Below are positions 49,928 through 60,523 of a stretch of 64,000 nt of DNA, in pieces. The notes under the pieces were generated by a model. The model did not search any database. It was not told the DNA's origin and saw nothing but the letters and a program-made list of their open reading frames with translations. The DNA lies in NCBI GenBank assembly GCA_051531975.1, contig JAOPTT010000002.1, positions 634,445-698,444 on the forward strand, read 5' to 3'. This stretch comes from Spirochaetaceae bacterium. GTDB taxonomy: Bacteria; Spirochaetota; Spirochaetia; DSM-2461. Position numbers and translations under genes: made by a program. The stretch's first letter is position 1. The number at the start of each line of letters is the position of its first letter.

Positions 49928-50683
49928 TTATACAAGCTTTATATCTGTACCGCTCTTTTTAATTTTTTCTACATATTCTTTATCTAAACCAGTATCAGAA
50001 ATAATACAGTGTAGATGATCAAGTGATAATATTTTTACAAATCCATTTTTTCCATATTTTGTAGAGTCAGCTACTAAAATAGTTTTATCGGCCTGTATAT
50101 TCATTTTCTTAATTACTTCTGCACCGTCTACAAGGTGTGTAGTCATACCAGTCTCCAGGGAAAAGCCACTTGTACCAACAAATGCATATTTCACATGAAA
50201 GTTTCCTAAATCATTTAACGTAACAGGACCAACTAAAGCCTCTGAGGATGAGTTAAAAGTTCCTCCTACTAAAGTTAAACTAAGTGCTGTATTTATTCTT
50301 GCATAAGAGAATACAAGTGTAGAGTTTGTTACAATATGAATATCCCTTTTACCTAATAGATACTTAGGTATAAGAGAAGATGTAGTACCGTCATTAATCA
50401 TAACAGTATCTCCATCTTTTATCATATCTGCTGCAGCTTTAGCAATTCTATTTTTTTCCTCTATAAAATGTCTCTGACTCTCAAGAATGTCAGGATGAAA
50501 AGCAGGGAAAGCTCCACCTCTTGTTCTAACAATAAACCCCTTCTCTTCTAGAGAGCTAAAGTCGCTTCTAATAGTAACTTTAGAAACTCCTAACATCTCA
50601 CTAATATCGTTAACCGAAGGTTTATTATCGTTCATAAGTAGTTCAAGAATTTTGTTTTCTCTTTCTGTTAAACCTGCATTCAT
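49928..50683 (-). CDS. DeoR/GlpR family transcriptional regulator
   Basis: GVSKVTIRSD..LE..G...RTRGGA HTH; EKNRIAKAAA, DGTT, VTNS and ADSTK motifs. Confidence 0.94.
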   Translation of the reverse strand: MNAGLTERENKILELLMNDNKPSVNDISEMLGVSKVTIRSDFSSLEEKGFIVRTRGGAFPAFHPDILESQRHFIEEKNRIAKAAADMIKDGDTVMINDGTTSSLIPKYLLGKRDIHIVTNSTLVFSYARINTALSLTLVGGTFNSSSEALVGPVTLNDLGNFHVKYAFVGTSGFSLETGMTTHLVDGAEVIKKMNIQADKTILVADSTKYGKNGFVKILSLDHLHCIISDTGLDKEYVEKIKKSGTDIKLV

Positions 50684-51564
50684 ACTTTTTTATTCCTTTC
50701 TATTAAATTATACATTTCTTCCGCATTATATGAGCTCCTAACAAGTGGACTTGAAGCGACGGATAAAAAGCCAAGTTTTTCACCTAACCTTTTATACTCT
50801 TCAAATTTATCTGGGTGTATATATTCTACAACTTCATGATGATCTTCCGATGGAGCTAGATATTGGCCTATAGTTAAAATCTGACACTCTACTTCTCTTA
50901 AATCTTTTAATAGATAAAAGATCTGGTCTGCTGTCTCACCAAGCCCAAGCATTATTCCAGATTTTGTTACGATCTCTGGGGCTATTTCTTTAACCCTTTT
51001 TAATAACTCTAGGGATTGTTCATATTTTGCCTGAGGTCTAACTTCGTCATATAAAGATTTAACAGTCTCCATATTGTGATTTATAATATCAGGAGCCGCA
51101 TCTATAACTGTTCTTAATGCGTCTTCATTACCTCTAAAGTCTGGAATTAATACTTCTATTATAACCGATGGGCTACTCTCTTTTATTCTATTTATTATTT
51201 CTGCAAAGTGGGCCGATCCACCATCTGCTAAATCATCTCTTGTAACAGATGTTATAACAACATGCCGTAGTCCCATCTCTTTTACAGCTAAAGCAATATT
51301 ACCTGGTTCATTTATATCTGGAGTTTCTGTTTTACCCTTAGTTACTGTGCAAAAAGTACAATTTCTAGTGCATACTTTCCCTAATACAATAAATGTAGCA
51401 GTCTTTTTACTATAACACTCACCTCTATTAGGGCACATGGCTTCGTTACATACAGTATTTAGGGACCTTTTTTTAAGAAGATCTTCTATAAAAGTTAAAT
51501 TATCATTCTGGTTAACTTTTATTCTTAACCAGTCTGGCTTTTTCTTATAATTTCGAACAGACAT
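50680..51564 (-). CDS. lipA: Lipoyl synthase
   Basis: CNEAMCPNRGEC, CTRNCTFC, VITSVTRDDL, HNMETV, TIGQYL and VRSSY motifs. Confidence 0.97.
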   Translation of the reverse strand: MSVRNYKKKPDWLRIKVNQNDNLTFIEDLLKKRSLNTVCNEAMCPNRGECYSKKTATFIVLGKVCTRNCTFCTVTKGKTETPDINEPGNIALAVKEMGLRHVVITSVTRDDLADGGSAHFAEIINRIKESSPSVIIEVLIPDFRGNEDALRTVIDAAPDIINHNMETVKSLYDEVRPQAKYEQSLELLKRVKEIAPEIVTKSGIMLGLGETADQIFYLLKDLREVECQILTIGQYLAPSEDHHEVVEYIHPDKFEEYKRLGEKLGFLSVASSPLVRSSYNAEEMYNLIERNKKV

Positions 51565-51580
51565 TATTAACCTCTAAAAC

Positions 51581-51640
51581 ACTATATCACGCTTTTGTTT
51601 AACTTATCAATATCTTTCGAATGGCTTTGCTTAAACTTTC
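51581..51640 (-). promoter_or_regulatory. lipA-deoR-tkt promoter with an upstream triple (G/C)AAAG repeat
   Basis: TTGATA-18 bp-TATAGT; CTTTC/CTTTG/CTTTC at 51614, 51625 and 51636 (11-bp period). Confidence 0.55.
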
Positions 51641-51727
51641 ACTATTTTTTTGTTTAAATAGTTTTACCATAGTTTCCAGAATATTATCTAATATATTCAT
51701 TTTATAGATAAGTTAAAATACTTTAAG

Positions 51728-52642
51728 TCATGGTTTAGCATAATAATCAGTTTTTAATTTAACAGAAGATGCATATTCTGATGGAGTCATTCCTATATAA
51801 CGTTTAAATACTTTTGAAAAGTATTGTTGGGAGCTGTAGTTTAAAACATCACTAATCTGAGAAATATTACTTGATCCCTCTCTTATCATCTGCTTTGCTT
51901 TTTCAAGTTTTATCCTTTTATAATACTCCATAATACTCCGGGTGGTTTTATCTTTAAATATTCTATGCAGGTATGACCGGCTATAACCTGTTGCATTACA
52001 TAGATCCTCAAGTGAAAATTCATTGGTCAAATTGTCCTGCATATAATTAACAACTTTATTAAATGCACTCTCTTTTGTTCTATTATCTATACTATTTGTA
52101 ATTCGGTCAGGTAGTGATATATCGGAATCCCGTCTAATAAGTCTAATTAATAACTCTTCTAGATGTATCTTAATCATATTTTCACATCCAAAAGGGGCAT
52201 TCTCTCTTCTTTCTAGGCCTATTGTAGTTGGGTCATCTAATGGAGTAATAAAGTTTCTCTGAGATTCATGTATAATATGTCCTAACAATGTTCTTTCCTG
52301 ATCTTTCATTTTTAGAATTTTTCTTGAAAACCATTTAGCAGCAGGGCTTTTACACTCAAAACTCATTACAACAAGGTTAGGTGCAGTTTTACCATTTGCC
52401 CATAACTGATGGAACTCCCCTGGCTCATGAAATAGTATGTCCCCTTTAAAAAGAGTATGTTGAACCCCAGCAGCTGTTACCTCTATAACCCCAGCATCTA
52501 CATATATAAATTCCCAAAAGTCATGTTCCTCTCCACCAAAGAAAAAATCCTTGGTATATTCAAAATAGTGTATGGTGTAAATTTTACTTATTTTTATATC
52601 CTGTTTTATCTCGGTACATTTATACTTAATTTCATCATTCAT
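51728..52642 (-). CDS. AraC family transcriptional regulator
   Basis: GEEHDFWEFIYVDAG cupin; YSSQQYFSKVFKRYIGMTPSEY HTH. Confidence 0.92.
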   Translation of the reverse strand: MNDEIKYKCTEIKQDIKISKIYTIHYFEYTKDFFFGGEEHDFWEFIYVDAGVIEVTAAGVQHTLFKGDILFHEPGEFHQLWANGKTAPNLVVMSFECKSPAAKWFSRKILKMKDQERTLLGHIIHESQRNFITPLDDPTTIGLERRENAPFGCENMIKIHLEELLIRLIRRDSDISLPDRITNSIDNRTKESAFNKVVNYMQDNLTNEFSLEDLCNATGYSRSYLHRIFKDKTTRSIMEYYKRIKLEKAKQMIREGSSNISQISDVLNYSSQQYFSKVFKRYIGMTPSEYASSVKLKTDYYAKP

Positions 52643-52813
52643 TCTAAAATAATATCATTTATTTGCTTTTTTTGTTATAAAAAATCTATTTTTTGAATAA
52701 AAGTGGCAAATATTGTCAACGTATAGACAAACCAAGTCAAAAAAGCCGTGCTACAATTTTATTGAGTGGAAATGATCTATTCACTGAATAATAATAAATC
52801 ATAGGAGAATGAA

Positions 52814-54115
52814 ATGAACATTAAAAGTAAGTTTTTATTAGTATTAGCTATCGCAATGATAGGGTTACTTTCTAGTTGCCAGAAAAAAGAGGAAACAAAA
52901 GTGGCTGACACAACAGAAGCTGCAGTAAAAGAAGTTAACCTTGTATACTGGTCAATGTGGAACGAGACAGAGCCTCAGGCTATGGTTATTAAAGAAGGTG
53001 TAAAAGAATTCATGTCACTAAACCCTGGTGTTAAAGTTGAGATGCAATTTAATGGTCGTGATATTAGAACAACGTTACAACCTGGAATTGAATCTGGAAC
53101 ACAAATAGATATGTGGGAAGAAGATATTGATAGAATTATTGGCCAATGGCAAAAATATGCTGCTCCTTTAGATGAATATTATTCAAATGTTTACCCTACA
53201 ACAAATGGAAAAGCATTTAAAGACTCTATTATGGGTCCAATTCAGGACATAGTTAAAACTCTATCTACAGATGGAAAAACATATTGTGTTCCTTACCAAC
53301 CATTTGTAGTTGCTTCATTCTATAATAAAGATCACTTCAAAGAAGCTGGAATTACAAGTACACCTACTAACTGGGTTGAATTTCTTGAAGTTTGTCAAAA
53401 ATTACAAGATGCTGGTTTTACACCATTAACTATCGACGATGCATACATGGATCTTCCTATTGGAATTCACTTAAACAAAATGTTTGGAAATACTGACGAT
53501 GTTGAAGCTCTTGTAAAAGACAGAACAGGAAAACTTTGGGATGATCCAAAAGTATTACAAGCGGCAAAAGACTTAGAAGCATTAGCGCCTTATATGTCAA
53601 AACAAGTTGCTTCAAACAAGTGGCCTGCAGGTCAGCAGGAAGTTGCTACAGACCAAGTTTCTATCTACCTTTTAAATGGTACATGGTTACCAAACGAAGT
53701 AATGGGAACTACTGGTCCTGATTTTAATTGGGGTCAATTTGCATACCCAGATGTAACAGGTGGAGCTAATACTAATGGTGGTATTATAAGTTCACAAGGT
53801 TTCCAGATTAGTAAAGATTGTGCCAACAAAGATGTTGCATTTGCACTTGCTGCACATTTAACTACAGGTAAGTGGGATCAAGAATTATCTAAAAAATCAT
53901 TTGGAGCTGCAATGGATAAAAATGCAGTATGGCCAGTTCAAGTTGCTGAAAGTAAAGTTATATTTGATAGCCTTGAAAGAAGAATGCCATGGAGTGGTGG
54001 AATTGGTGCAGATGGTGATGCATTCGCTATAATTAAAATGGAAGAAACAGCACTATTAGCTGGAACAATTACAGCAGAAGAATTTATTGCAAATATAAAG
54101 TCTTCTTTAAAATAA
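52814..54115 (+). CDS. Sugar ABC transporter solute-binding lipoprotein
   Basis: Lipobox LLSSC; YWSMWNETEPQ, FYNKDHFKEAGI..PTNW motifs. Confidence 0.92.
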   Translation: MNIKSKFLLVLAIAMIGLLSSCQKKEETKVADTTEAAVKEVNLVYWSMWNETEPQAMVIKEGVKEFMSLNPGVKVEMQFNGRDIRTTLQPGIESGTQIDMWEEDIDRIIGQWQKYAAPLDEYYSNVYPTTNGKAFKDSIMGPIQDIVKTLSTDGKTYCVPYQPFVVASFYNKDHFKEAGITSTPTNWVEFLEVCQKLQDAGFTPLTIDDAYMDLPIGIHLNKMFGNTDDVEALVKDRTGKLWDDPKVLQAAKDLEALAPYMSKQVASNKWPAGQQEVATDQVSIYLLNGTWLPNEVMGTTGPDFNWGQFAYPDVTGGANTNGGIISSQGFQISKDCANKDVAFALAAHLTTGKWDQELSKKSFGAAMDKNAVWPVQVAESKVIFDSLERRMPWSGGIGADGDAFAIIKMEETALLAGTITAEEFIANIKSSLK

Positions 54116-54128
54116 TATAATTAATATA

Positions 54129-54156
54129 ATTTGATCCCCATAAGTGGGGATCAAAT
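54129..54156. terminator. Hairpin after the solute-binding protein gene
   Basis: ATTTGATCCCCA-TAAG-TGGGGATCAAAT perfect 12-bp stem. Confidence 0.7.
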
Positions 54157-54174
54157 ATATGATAGGGAAAAACG

Positions 54175-55089
54175 ATGAAACGCGACAAAAAAATGATGAT
54201 AATGTTTTTAACACCAGCCCTTTTTTCGTTCCTGCTGGTGTTCTTATACCCGACTTTAAGAACTTTTGTAATGAGTTTCTTTTATGTTGGAGCTATTGCA
54301 GACAAATTTAGTCTTTGGGAATTTGTTGGAATTGGTAACTATATTGGTCTCTTTAAAAGCCAAATGTTTGTTCAATCATTAAAAAATATATTTAATATCT
54401 GGTTCTATGGTGGAATCGGAGTATTTGTAATTGCACTTTTTATGTCCCTTCTTTTAACTTCAGGATATAAAGGGAAAGATTTTTATAGATCCGTATTATA
54501 CTTGCCAAATGTTGTTTCAGCAGTTGCAATGGGTACAATGTGGGTTCACTATGTATTTAATAGTTCATATGGTCTACTTCACAAGTTCTTTAGCTTTCTA
54601 GGTATGGAAACTATAGCAGCTTTTCAATGGACATCTCCCACCAATCAGCTAGTTGCAATGACGATTGCATACAGTTTTGGAATGGTTGGGTATTATGTTC
54701 TTATATTCATGTCAGGAATAGAGAAAATACCATCATCCTATTTAGAAGCAGCAACGATGGAAGGTGCAAATATTTTCCAGAAGTTTATTAATATAACATT
54801 CCCATTAATGCGTGGGGTATTTAAAAGTAGTATTGTTATGTGGTCAGTTACGTCAATTGCATTTTTTATATGGTCAAAGACGTTCTCTCCATTAGATCCA
54901 GATTTTGGAACTATTACCCCTATGGTTTATATGTACGAACAAGTATTTGGACGTAGTTTAGGTGCCGTAGATCCTGCACTTCTTAATGCAGGAGCTGGTT
55001 CCGCAGTTGGTGTTATAATGACAACTTTAACAATTACTGTATTTAGTCTTGTTAATCTGCTACTCCGTGATAAAAAAATACAGTATTAA
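54175..55089 (+). CDS. Sugar ABC transporter permease
   Basis: FVGIGNY, YLPNVVS and YLEAATMEGA motifs. Confidence 0.92.
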   Translation: MKRDKKMMIMFLTPALFSFLLVFLYPTLRTFVMSFFYVGAIADKFSLWEFVGIGNYIGLFKSQMFVQSLKNIFNIWFYGGIGVFVIALFMSLLLTSGYKGKDFYRSVLYLPNVVSAVAMGTMWVHYVFNSSYGLLHKFFSFLGMETIAAFQWTSPTNQLVAMTIAYSFGMVGYYVLIFMSGIEKIPSSYLEAATMEGANIFQKFINITFPLMRGVFKSSIVMWSVTSIAFFIWSKTFSPLDPDFGTITPMVYMYEQVFGRSLGAVDPALLNAGAGSAVGVIMTTLTITVFSLVNLLLRDKKIQY

Positions 55090-55100
55090 GAGGATAATAA

Positions 55101-55952
55101 ATGAATATTAAAAAGCGTTTTTTTAACAAACAAGCAATGTCTAAATTGCCAGGATATATAATATTAAATGGTTGGGTGCTATTTACAGTAATTGTAATCG
55201 GTTGGATTATATTTGCATCCTTATCAACAACTAGAGAGATTTTTACAAGTAACCTATTAAAATCAGGTATTCAATTTAAAAACTATTATAACGCATTAGT
55301 TGTTCACAATGTTAGTAGATATTTTATGAACAGTGTAATATATACAATTTCTGCTAATATTTTAGTAATCTTAATAGCAGCACCATGTGCCTATGTTTTA
55401 GCCCGATTTCAATTTAGAGGGAATAGTCTAATACAGAATATGTTTGTAGGTTCCCTGGGGATTCCTCAGATTATGATAATTATACCTCTATTTTTTATAG
55501 CTTCAACATTTAAAATGATGAACTCTAGGGCACTCATAATTTTATTATATACATGTTTCACAGTCCCTTTTACTGTATTTTTCCTAATAAGTTTCTTTGC
55601 GACTCTACCTGTTTCTTTAGAAGAGTCTGCTTCAATGGATGGTTGTTCTCCAATAAAAACATTTTGGTTAATAATGTTCCCATTGGCGCAACCAGGAATA
55701 ATAACAGTTGTAATTTTTAACTTTATTGTTTTATGGAATGAGTTCTTTATAGCTCTAATATTTGCTAATACATCGGAACTTAGACCTTTAGCTGTAGGTT
55801 TATATGCCATGATAAGATCTATGAGATACATCGGAGACTGGGCAGGAATGTTTGCCGCAGTAATAATAGTCTTTGTACCTACCTTTATCATCTACATCTT
55901 TTTATCCAAAAAGATTATTGCAGGTGTTACAGGTGGAGCAGTTAAGGGGTAA
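55101..55952 (+). CDS. Sugar ABC transporter permease
   Basis: LEESASMDGCS, WNEF and GVTGGAVKG motifs. Confidence 0.92.
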   Translation: MNIKKRFFNKQAMSKLPGYIILNGWVLFTVIVIGWIIFASLSTTREIFTSNLLKSGIQFKNYYNALVVHNVSRYFMNSVIYTISANILVILIAAPCAYVLARFQFRGNSLIQNMFVGSLGIPQIMIIIPLFFIASTFKMMNSRALIILLYTCFTVPFTVFFLISFFATLPVSLEESASMDGCSPIKTFWLIMFPLAQPGIITVVIFNFIVLWNEFFIALIFANTSELRPLAVGLYAMIRSMRYIGDWAGMFAAVIIVFVPTFIIYIFLSKKIIAGVTGGAVKG

Positions 55953-55957
55953 AAATT

Positions 55958-57919
55958 ATGAGTATAAGTTATGAAATCCTCTACATGAAGGGTTCGACTT
56001 TAGGAAGAGAAAATCCTCTACCTAAATTCAGATCCCTAGAGAGAGAAATGCCCTTAGAGCATGATGAGACATTTCTAGAGAAAGATAAAAAACTGTTTGG
56101 GAGTGAGACGGGCTTTAGAGTTTTACCATATAGCCTCCAGGATAGTTATACCCGAGATAAAAAGCATATAGAACTACAAACGGTAGTGTTGGAAAATGAA
56201 TTTTTAAGAGCACAGTTTCTAACAGATTTTGGAGCTCGTCTTATATCTCTAATTGATAAAAAAACAGGTAAAGAACTACTGTTTAAAAACACTGTTTTTC
56301 AGACAGCGAACCTTGCAGTCCGTGATGCGTGGTTTGCTGGAGGTATAGAGTGGAATATTGGCCAGTTTGGTCATACTCCATTAACCTGTGTTCCCTACTT
56401 TTTTGCAAAGGTATTAGATGATTCTGGGCAAGAGTTTCTTAGGGCTTACGAATACGAAAGAAATAGAAAGGTTTTTATATCAATAGATTTCCACCTACCA
56501 GAGGGAGCTAAAGAACTTGGTACATATGTAAGGATAATAAATCAAAACGATCTACCAACTCCTATGTACTGGTGGACAAATATTGCAATTAAGGAAGACA
56601 GGGATGTACGTATTTTTTCTGATACGAATGAAGTTCTTTATATTAAACCGGAATCAATAGAGATAGAGAACTCAGTACATCAGTTTGGACGGGGAACAAT
56701 AGATAACCTACCTTCCCTTCCAGGTAGAGATGCATCAGAACCTCGAAATTTTCCTTTTGCTAGTGAGTACTTTTTTCAAACTCCACAAGAGACTGTCTCC
56801 CCATGGGAAGCCGCTGTATATAACGATGGATTTACTTTCTTTGAAAAATCAACATCTTTGTTACAGTATAGAAAGATGTTCTGCTGGGGTACTCATAGTG
56901 GTGGACGAAACTGGTGTGATTACCTAAGTGAACCTGGTAAAGGGGATTATTTGGAAATACAGGCTGGTATATCTCCAACTCAAGTACACGGATTAGAGAT
57001 GCCAGGAAACAGTACCTGGGATTTTACTCAGATCTTTGGATCTACAACTTTAGATGTTAATAAAAGCTATCTAGATTGGGACAGATCTAAGAATTATGTG
57101 CAAGAATCTCTAACTAATATTCTAGATGATAATGAAGTTCTAAATAGACATGAAACATATAAAAAATATGCAGAGTATGAGCCAGTGCAGATAATTCATA
57201 ATGGTTCAGGTTGGGGTGCTTTAGAAGAACAAAGAGATGGAACACCAAAAGGTTTAGTTTTTCCAGAATCTACTATAGGTCCTCTACAAAAACCCTGGGT
57301 CGATCTATTAGAAACTGGTATTTTCCCTTCAGATTATGTAGAAAACTCATGGATGGTTGATGCAAAATGGAAAGAACTATTACTTAAACATTTAGATAAA
57401 AACAATAAAAACCCATGGCCATTAATTCACCTAGGAGTGATCCTATACGAAGAAGGGGATCATGTAAAAGCTCTGGAACTATGGGAAAAATCCTTACGAC
57501 TTAAGGAAACACCTATAGCACTACGTAATGTATCAATTTTCTACAAAGATAAAGGCCAAGATGATAAGGCTCTGGAATATATGTTCAAATCTGTTAATTC
57601 AGAATCAGAAAACAGAGATATTTACTTAACAGTAGAACTTATGGAACTACTATATAAGTTAAATAGATACAAAGAAGTATGGGAAACATATAACAAACTA
57701 CCACCAGATCTAAAACAGAATGAAAGAATTATTGTTTTAGTTGGTCTATGTGCATTTGAAATAGAAGAGTATGAATTTCTAGAAGAACTTTTTAATAAAG
57801 AATTTGCCTATATTAAAGAGGGTGAAACCAGACTGTTTGAACTTTGGGATAAGTATTGTATTAAAAAATACGGATCTAAAAAAACAGCCCCTAAAACTAT
57901 AGATTTTAGTATGGCTTAA
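55958..57919 (+). CDS. DUF5107 domain protein with C-terminal TPR-like helices
   Basis: VVLENEFL..FGARLISL.DK..GKELLFKN..NLAVRDAWFAGGIEWNIG, YWWTNIA and YLEIQAG motifs; TPR-like tail. Confidence 0.75.
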   Translation: MSISYEILYMKGSTLGRENPLPKFRSLEREMPLEHDETFLEKDKKLFGSETGFRVLPYSLQDSYTRDKKHIELQTVVLENEFLRAQFLTDFGARLISLIDKKTGKELLFKNTVFQTANLAVRDAWFAGGIEWNIGQFGHTPLTCVPYFFAKVLDDSGQEFLRAYEYERNRKVFISIDFHLPEGAKELGTYVRIINQNDLPTPMYWWTNIAIKEDRDVRIFSDTNEVLYIKPESIEIENSVHQFGRGTIDNLPSLPGRDASEPRNFPFASEYFFQTPQETVSPWEAAVYNDGFTFFEKSTSLLQYRKMFCWGTHSGGRNWCDYLSEPGKGDYLEIQAGISPTQVHGLEMPGNSTWDFTQIFGSTTLDVNKSYLDWDRSKNYVQESLTNILDDNEVLNRHETYKKYAEYEPVQIIHNGSGWGALEEQRDGTPKGLVFPESTIGPLQKPWVDLLETGIFPSDYVENSWMVDAKWKELLLKHLDKNNKNPWPLIHLGVILYEEGDHVKALELWEKSLRLKETPIALRNVSIFYKDKGQDDKALEYMFKSVNSESENRDIYLTVELMELLYKLNRYKEVWETYNKLPPDLKQNERIIVLVGLCAFEIEEYEFLEELFNKEFAYIKEGETRLFELWDKYCIKKYGSKKTAPKTIDFSMA

Positions 57920-58046
57920 TAATTTAATAGAGCTTCTGTATCTAATGGTATTTAAGCTCTATCTATATTTAATTTGAAACTTAATTAATCAATTGTTATG
58001 TAAAAATGTAAAGTAATTCCATTAAATTGATCATTAAGGAGAAATT

Positions 58047-59885
58047 ATGAAAATTAGAAGTAAACTATCGCTATTATCAGCAATTATTGTAACATCTATA
58101 GTTATATCTGTTGGGGTAAACATAATATCAAATAATTATGTTGATAAAATGTTATCTGAGGAGAAAGAACTTGTGTTACTCCGAGATCTAATGTTACAGC
58201 AGACAATAGAGCTCGCAAAATTGATTGAAGCAACACAAAATATAACTCCTACAATTACTCAGTATAAAAAAATCAAACTAAAAATTGATGAAACAAATAT
58301 TCAATTAGAGGTTGTTAGAAATTTAAATCTGCTTCCTGGTTTAAATGAACAAACAATATCTGCATTTGGATCCATAGGTAAATTAGATAATTTGTTGAAA
58401 AATTCTTACACTAAATTTCATTCAGCTATAGAAGGTTTTATAAATTCATTCGAAGAAAATGATAAAACATTTGCAATAACTAAGCTATTTTTATATAAAA
58501 ATAAAAAAAACTATTCAACATTAATGTTTAAGTCAACTTTAGTTACCGAAGAAGTTGTTATTGTTGAAGCCGCATTAGCAGCAGCCTCTAATCTTTTAGC
58601 AAAGCAAAGTTTGATTATAGCTACCGTTGTAAGTTCATATAAGAGACTTTCTATGTTGATATCTCTAATTGTTGTAGCACTAGCTATATTAGTTTCCATT
58701 ATAGTTTCAATGTTAATATCCAGATCTATTTCCAAATCTATAGAAACCTTAAGCAGTGGACTCTCTGTTATGGTTACTGGAGATTTCACCAATGATATTA
58801 TTATAAAATCAAAGGATGAACTTGGAACCTTAGGTTCTGAGATAAATAGATTCCAGGAAGATCTTAATAAATCTCTTGTTAGAATAAAAGAGTCATCTAA
58901 AGCTAATGAAGATGCAAACATAGCTTTAATAGAGACAACTGCAGATTCATCAGCTGTTTCTTCAGAGATTTCTGCAAATATAAACTCAATAGATTCACAG
59001 GTGTCCCAACTTGATAACAGTATTGAAAGATCAAATAATGAAGTGCAGGAAGTGACCTCATTTACAAACGAGTTAAATAACTATACTTCTGAGCAGATGG
59101 CTATGGTAGAAGAGTCTACGGCTGCAATAACCCAGATGATAGCATCAATTTCAAGTATCTCAGATCTAACTGATAACAACTCAAATATCATAAAGGTATT
59201 AGAATCTACAGCTAGAGAGGGTGATAATAAACTAACAGAGACAACAGAACTAATTGATGAGATAAACTCAACTGTTAACGAGATTAATAGTATGTCTGGA
59301 ATAATTCAGAATATTTCAGCCCAGACAAATCTTTTAGCAATGAATGCTGCAATTGAAGCTGCACATGCAGGGGATGCAGGTAAGGGTTTTGCAGTTGTTG
59401 CAGACGAAATTAGAAAACTTGCTGAAGCTTCAGCTATGAATAGTAAAGATATTAGTAATAACTTAAAAGAGATAACTAAAAAATTCGAATTAGCTTCTAA
59501 GTCTGGTCAAAGTACTAGAGAAGCGTTTACAAATATCAATAATAATATAACAAATGTATCCAGTGCTTTAATGGTAGTATCCTCAAGTACATCTGAATTA
59601 GACACAGGTGGTTCCCAGATTTTAGAAGCGATGGAGAGCCTAAAAGAGATATCAGTTTCTGTTCAGGAAAAAGCATATGAGATGAAGGCTAAGACAAAAA
59701 CCATAGAAGAGATTTCCTCTGATGTATTTAATATTTCTGGGGCTGTATCGGGAGCTATCTCTGAAGCTAATATTGGTTTTTCAGGTGTTACAGACTCAAT
59801 GGTATCTTTAAAAGATGTATCAGATAGAGTTGGGGTTGTTAGTAAAGAGATTAATCACGAGATTAATAAGTTTAAGACTAAATAA
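58047..59885 (+). CDS. Methyl-accepting chemotaxis protein
   Basis: Two TM segments, HAMP domain (SKDELGTL) and signature [35 protein letters not shown]. Confidence 0.96.
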   Translation: MKIRSKLSLLSAIIVTSIVISVGVNIISNNYVDKMLSEEKELVLLRDLMLQQTIELAKLIEATQNITPTITQYKKIKLKIDETNIQLEVVRNLNLLPGLNEQTISAFGSIGKLDNLLKNSYTKFHSAIEGFINSFEENDKTFAITKLFLYKNKKNYSTLMFKSTLVTEEVVIVEAALAAASNLLAKQSLIIATVVSSYKRLSMLISLIVVALAILVSIIVSMLISRSISKSIETLSSGLSVMVTGDFTNDIIIKSKDELGTLGSEINRFQEDLNKSLVRIKESSKANEDANIALIETTADSSAVSSEISANINSIDSQVSQLDNSIERSNNEVQEVTSFTNELNNYTSEQMAMVEESTAAITQMIASISSISDLTDNNSNIIKVLESTAREGDNKLTETTELIDEINSTVNEINSMSGIIQNISAQTNLLAMNAAIEAAHAGDAGKGFAVVADEIRKLAEASAMNSKDISNNLKEITKKFELASKSGQSTREAFTNINNNITNVSSALMVVSSSTSELDTGGSQILEAMESLKEISVSVQEKAYEMKAKTKTIEEISSDVFNISGAVSGAISEANIGFSGVTDSMVSLKDVSDRVGVVSKEINHEINKFKTK

Positions 59886-59919
59886 AAATTGAAAAGGCTG
59901 TGTTATACTAAGTTCCAAA

Positions 59920-60243
59920 CTAGTCTATTAGCATTTCGGAAAGTACTTTTTTTACACCATTTATCTCTTTGGATTTTAGTTTTCCAATTTTTTTTACAAC
60001 TCTATTCTTATCTATAGTTCTAATTTGATCTAATACTATCCAACCTTCTTTTCCTTGAAAATTAAGATTTAATCTAGTTGGATAATCATGTGATTTAGTT
60101 GTCATTGGAGCTATTATGATAGTTTTTATATAATGATTCATTTCATTTGGTGATATTACTACGCAAGGTCTCGTTTTTTGTATTTCATGACCAACAGTTG
60201 GGTCTAGGTTTACTAACAAGATATCATATTGATTCATTACCAT
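59920..60243 (-). CDS. mazF: PemK/MazF family toxin
   Basis: VNLDPTVGHEIQKTRPCVVISP, APMTT and LDQIRTIDK motifs; start at ATG 60243 or 60237, overlapping the antitoxin stop. Confidence 0.93.
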   Translation of the reverse strand: MVMNQYDILLVNLDPTVGHEIQKTRPCVVISPNEMNHYIKTIIIAPMTTKSHDYPTRLNLNFQGKEGWIVLDQIRTIDKNRVVKKIGKLKSKEINGVKKVLSEMLID

Positions 60244-60485
60244 ACCCAATCTGATTCCTCAATGTCTAAATCATCAGAAATAAATAATTCATCATCAATA
60301 TGGTATGACATTTGTGAAAAGGATTTGGCCCAACCTTCTCTAGCGTTCTTATGTATAGGCTTAATTAGTAATTCATCTTTGTGAACTTCTAATTCAACTG
60401 AATCTTCAATGTGTAACTGCTGTAATATTTTTTTTGGAATTCTTATACCTTTTGAATTACCTATTGGTATTACTGATACTAACAT
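60237..60485 (-). CDS. mazE: AbrB/MazE/SpoVT family antitoxin
   Basis: IGNSKGIRIPK motif; acidic C-terminus; directly upstream of mazF. Confidence 0.9.
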   Translation of the reverse strand: MLVSVIPIGNSKGIRIPKKILQQLHIEDSVELEVHKDELLIKPIHKNAREGWAKSFSQMSYHIDDELFISDDLDIEESDWVW

Positions 60486-60502
60486 AATCTCACCACCTAT
60501 AT

Positions 60503-60523
60503 TGTAATTATATAGTAATTACA
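60503..60523. promoter_or_regulatory. Palindromic operator of mazEF overlapping the -10
   Basis: TGTAATTA-tatag-TAATTACA; minus-strand TATAAT at 60512-60507. Confidence 0.7.
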
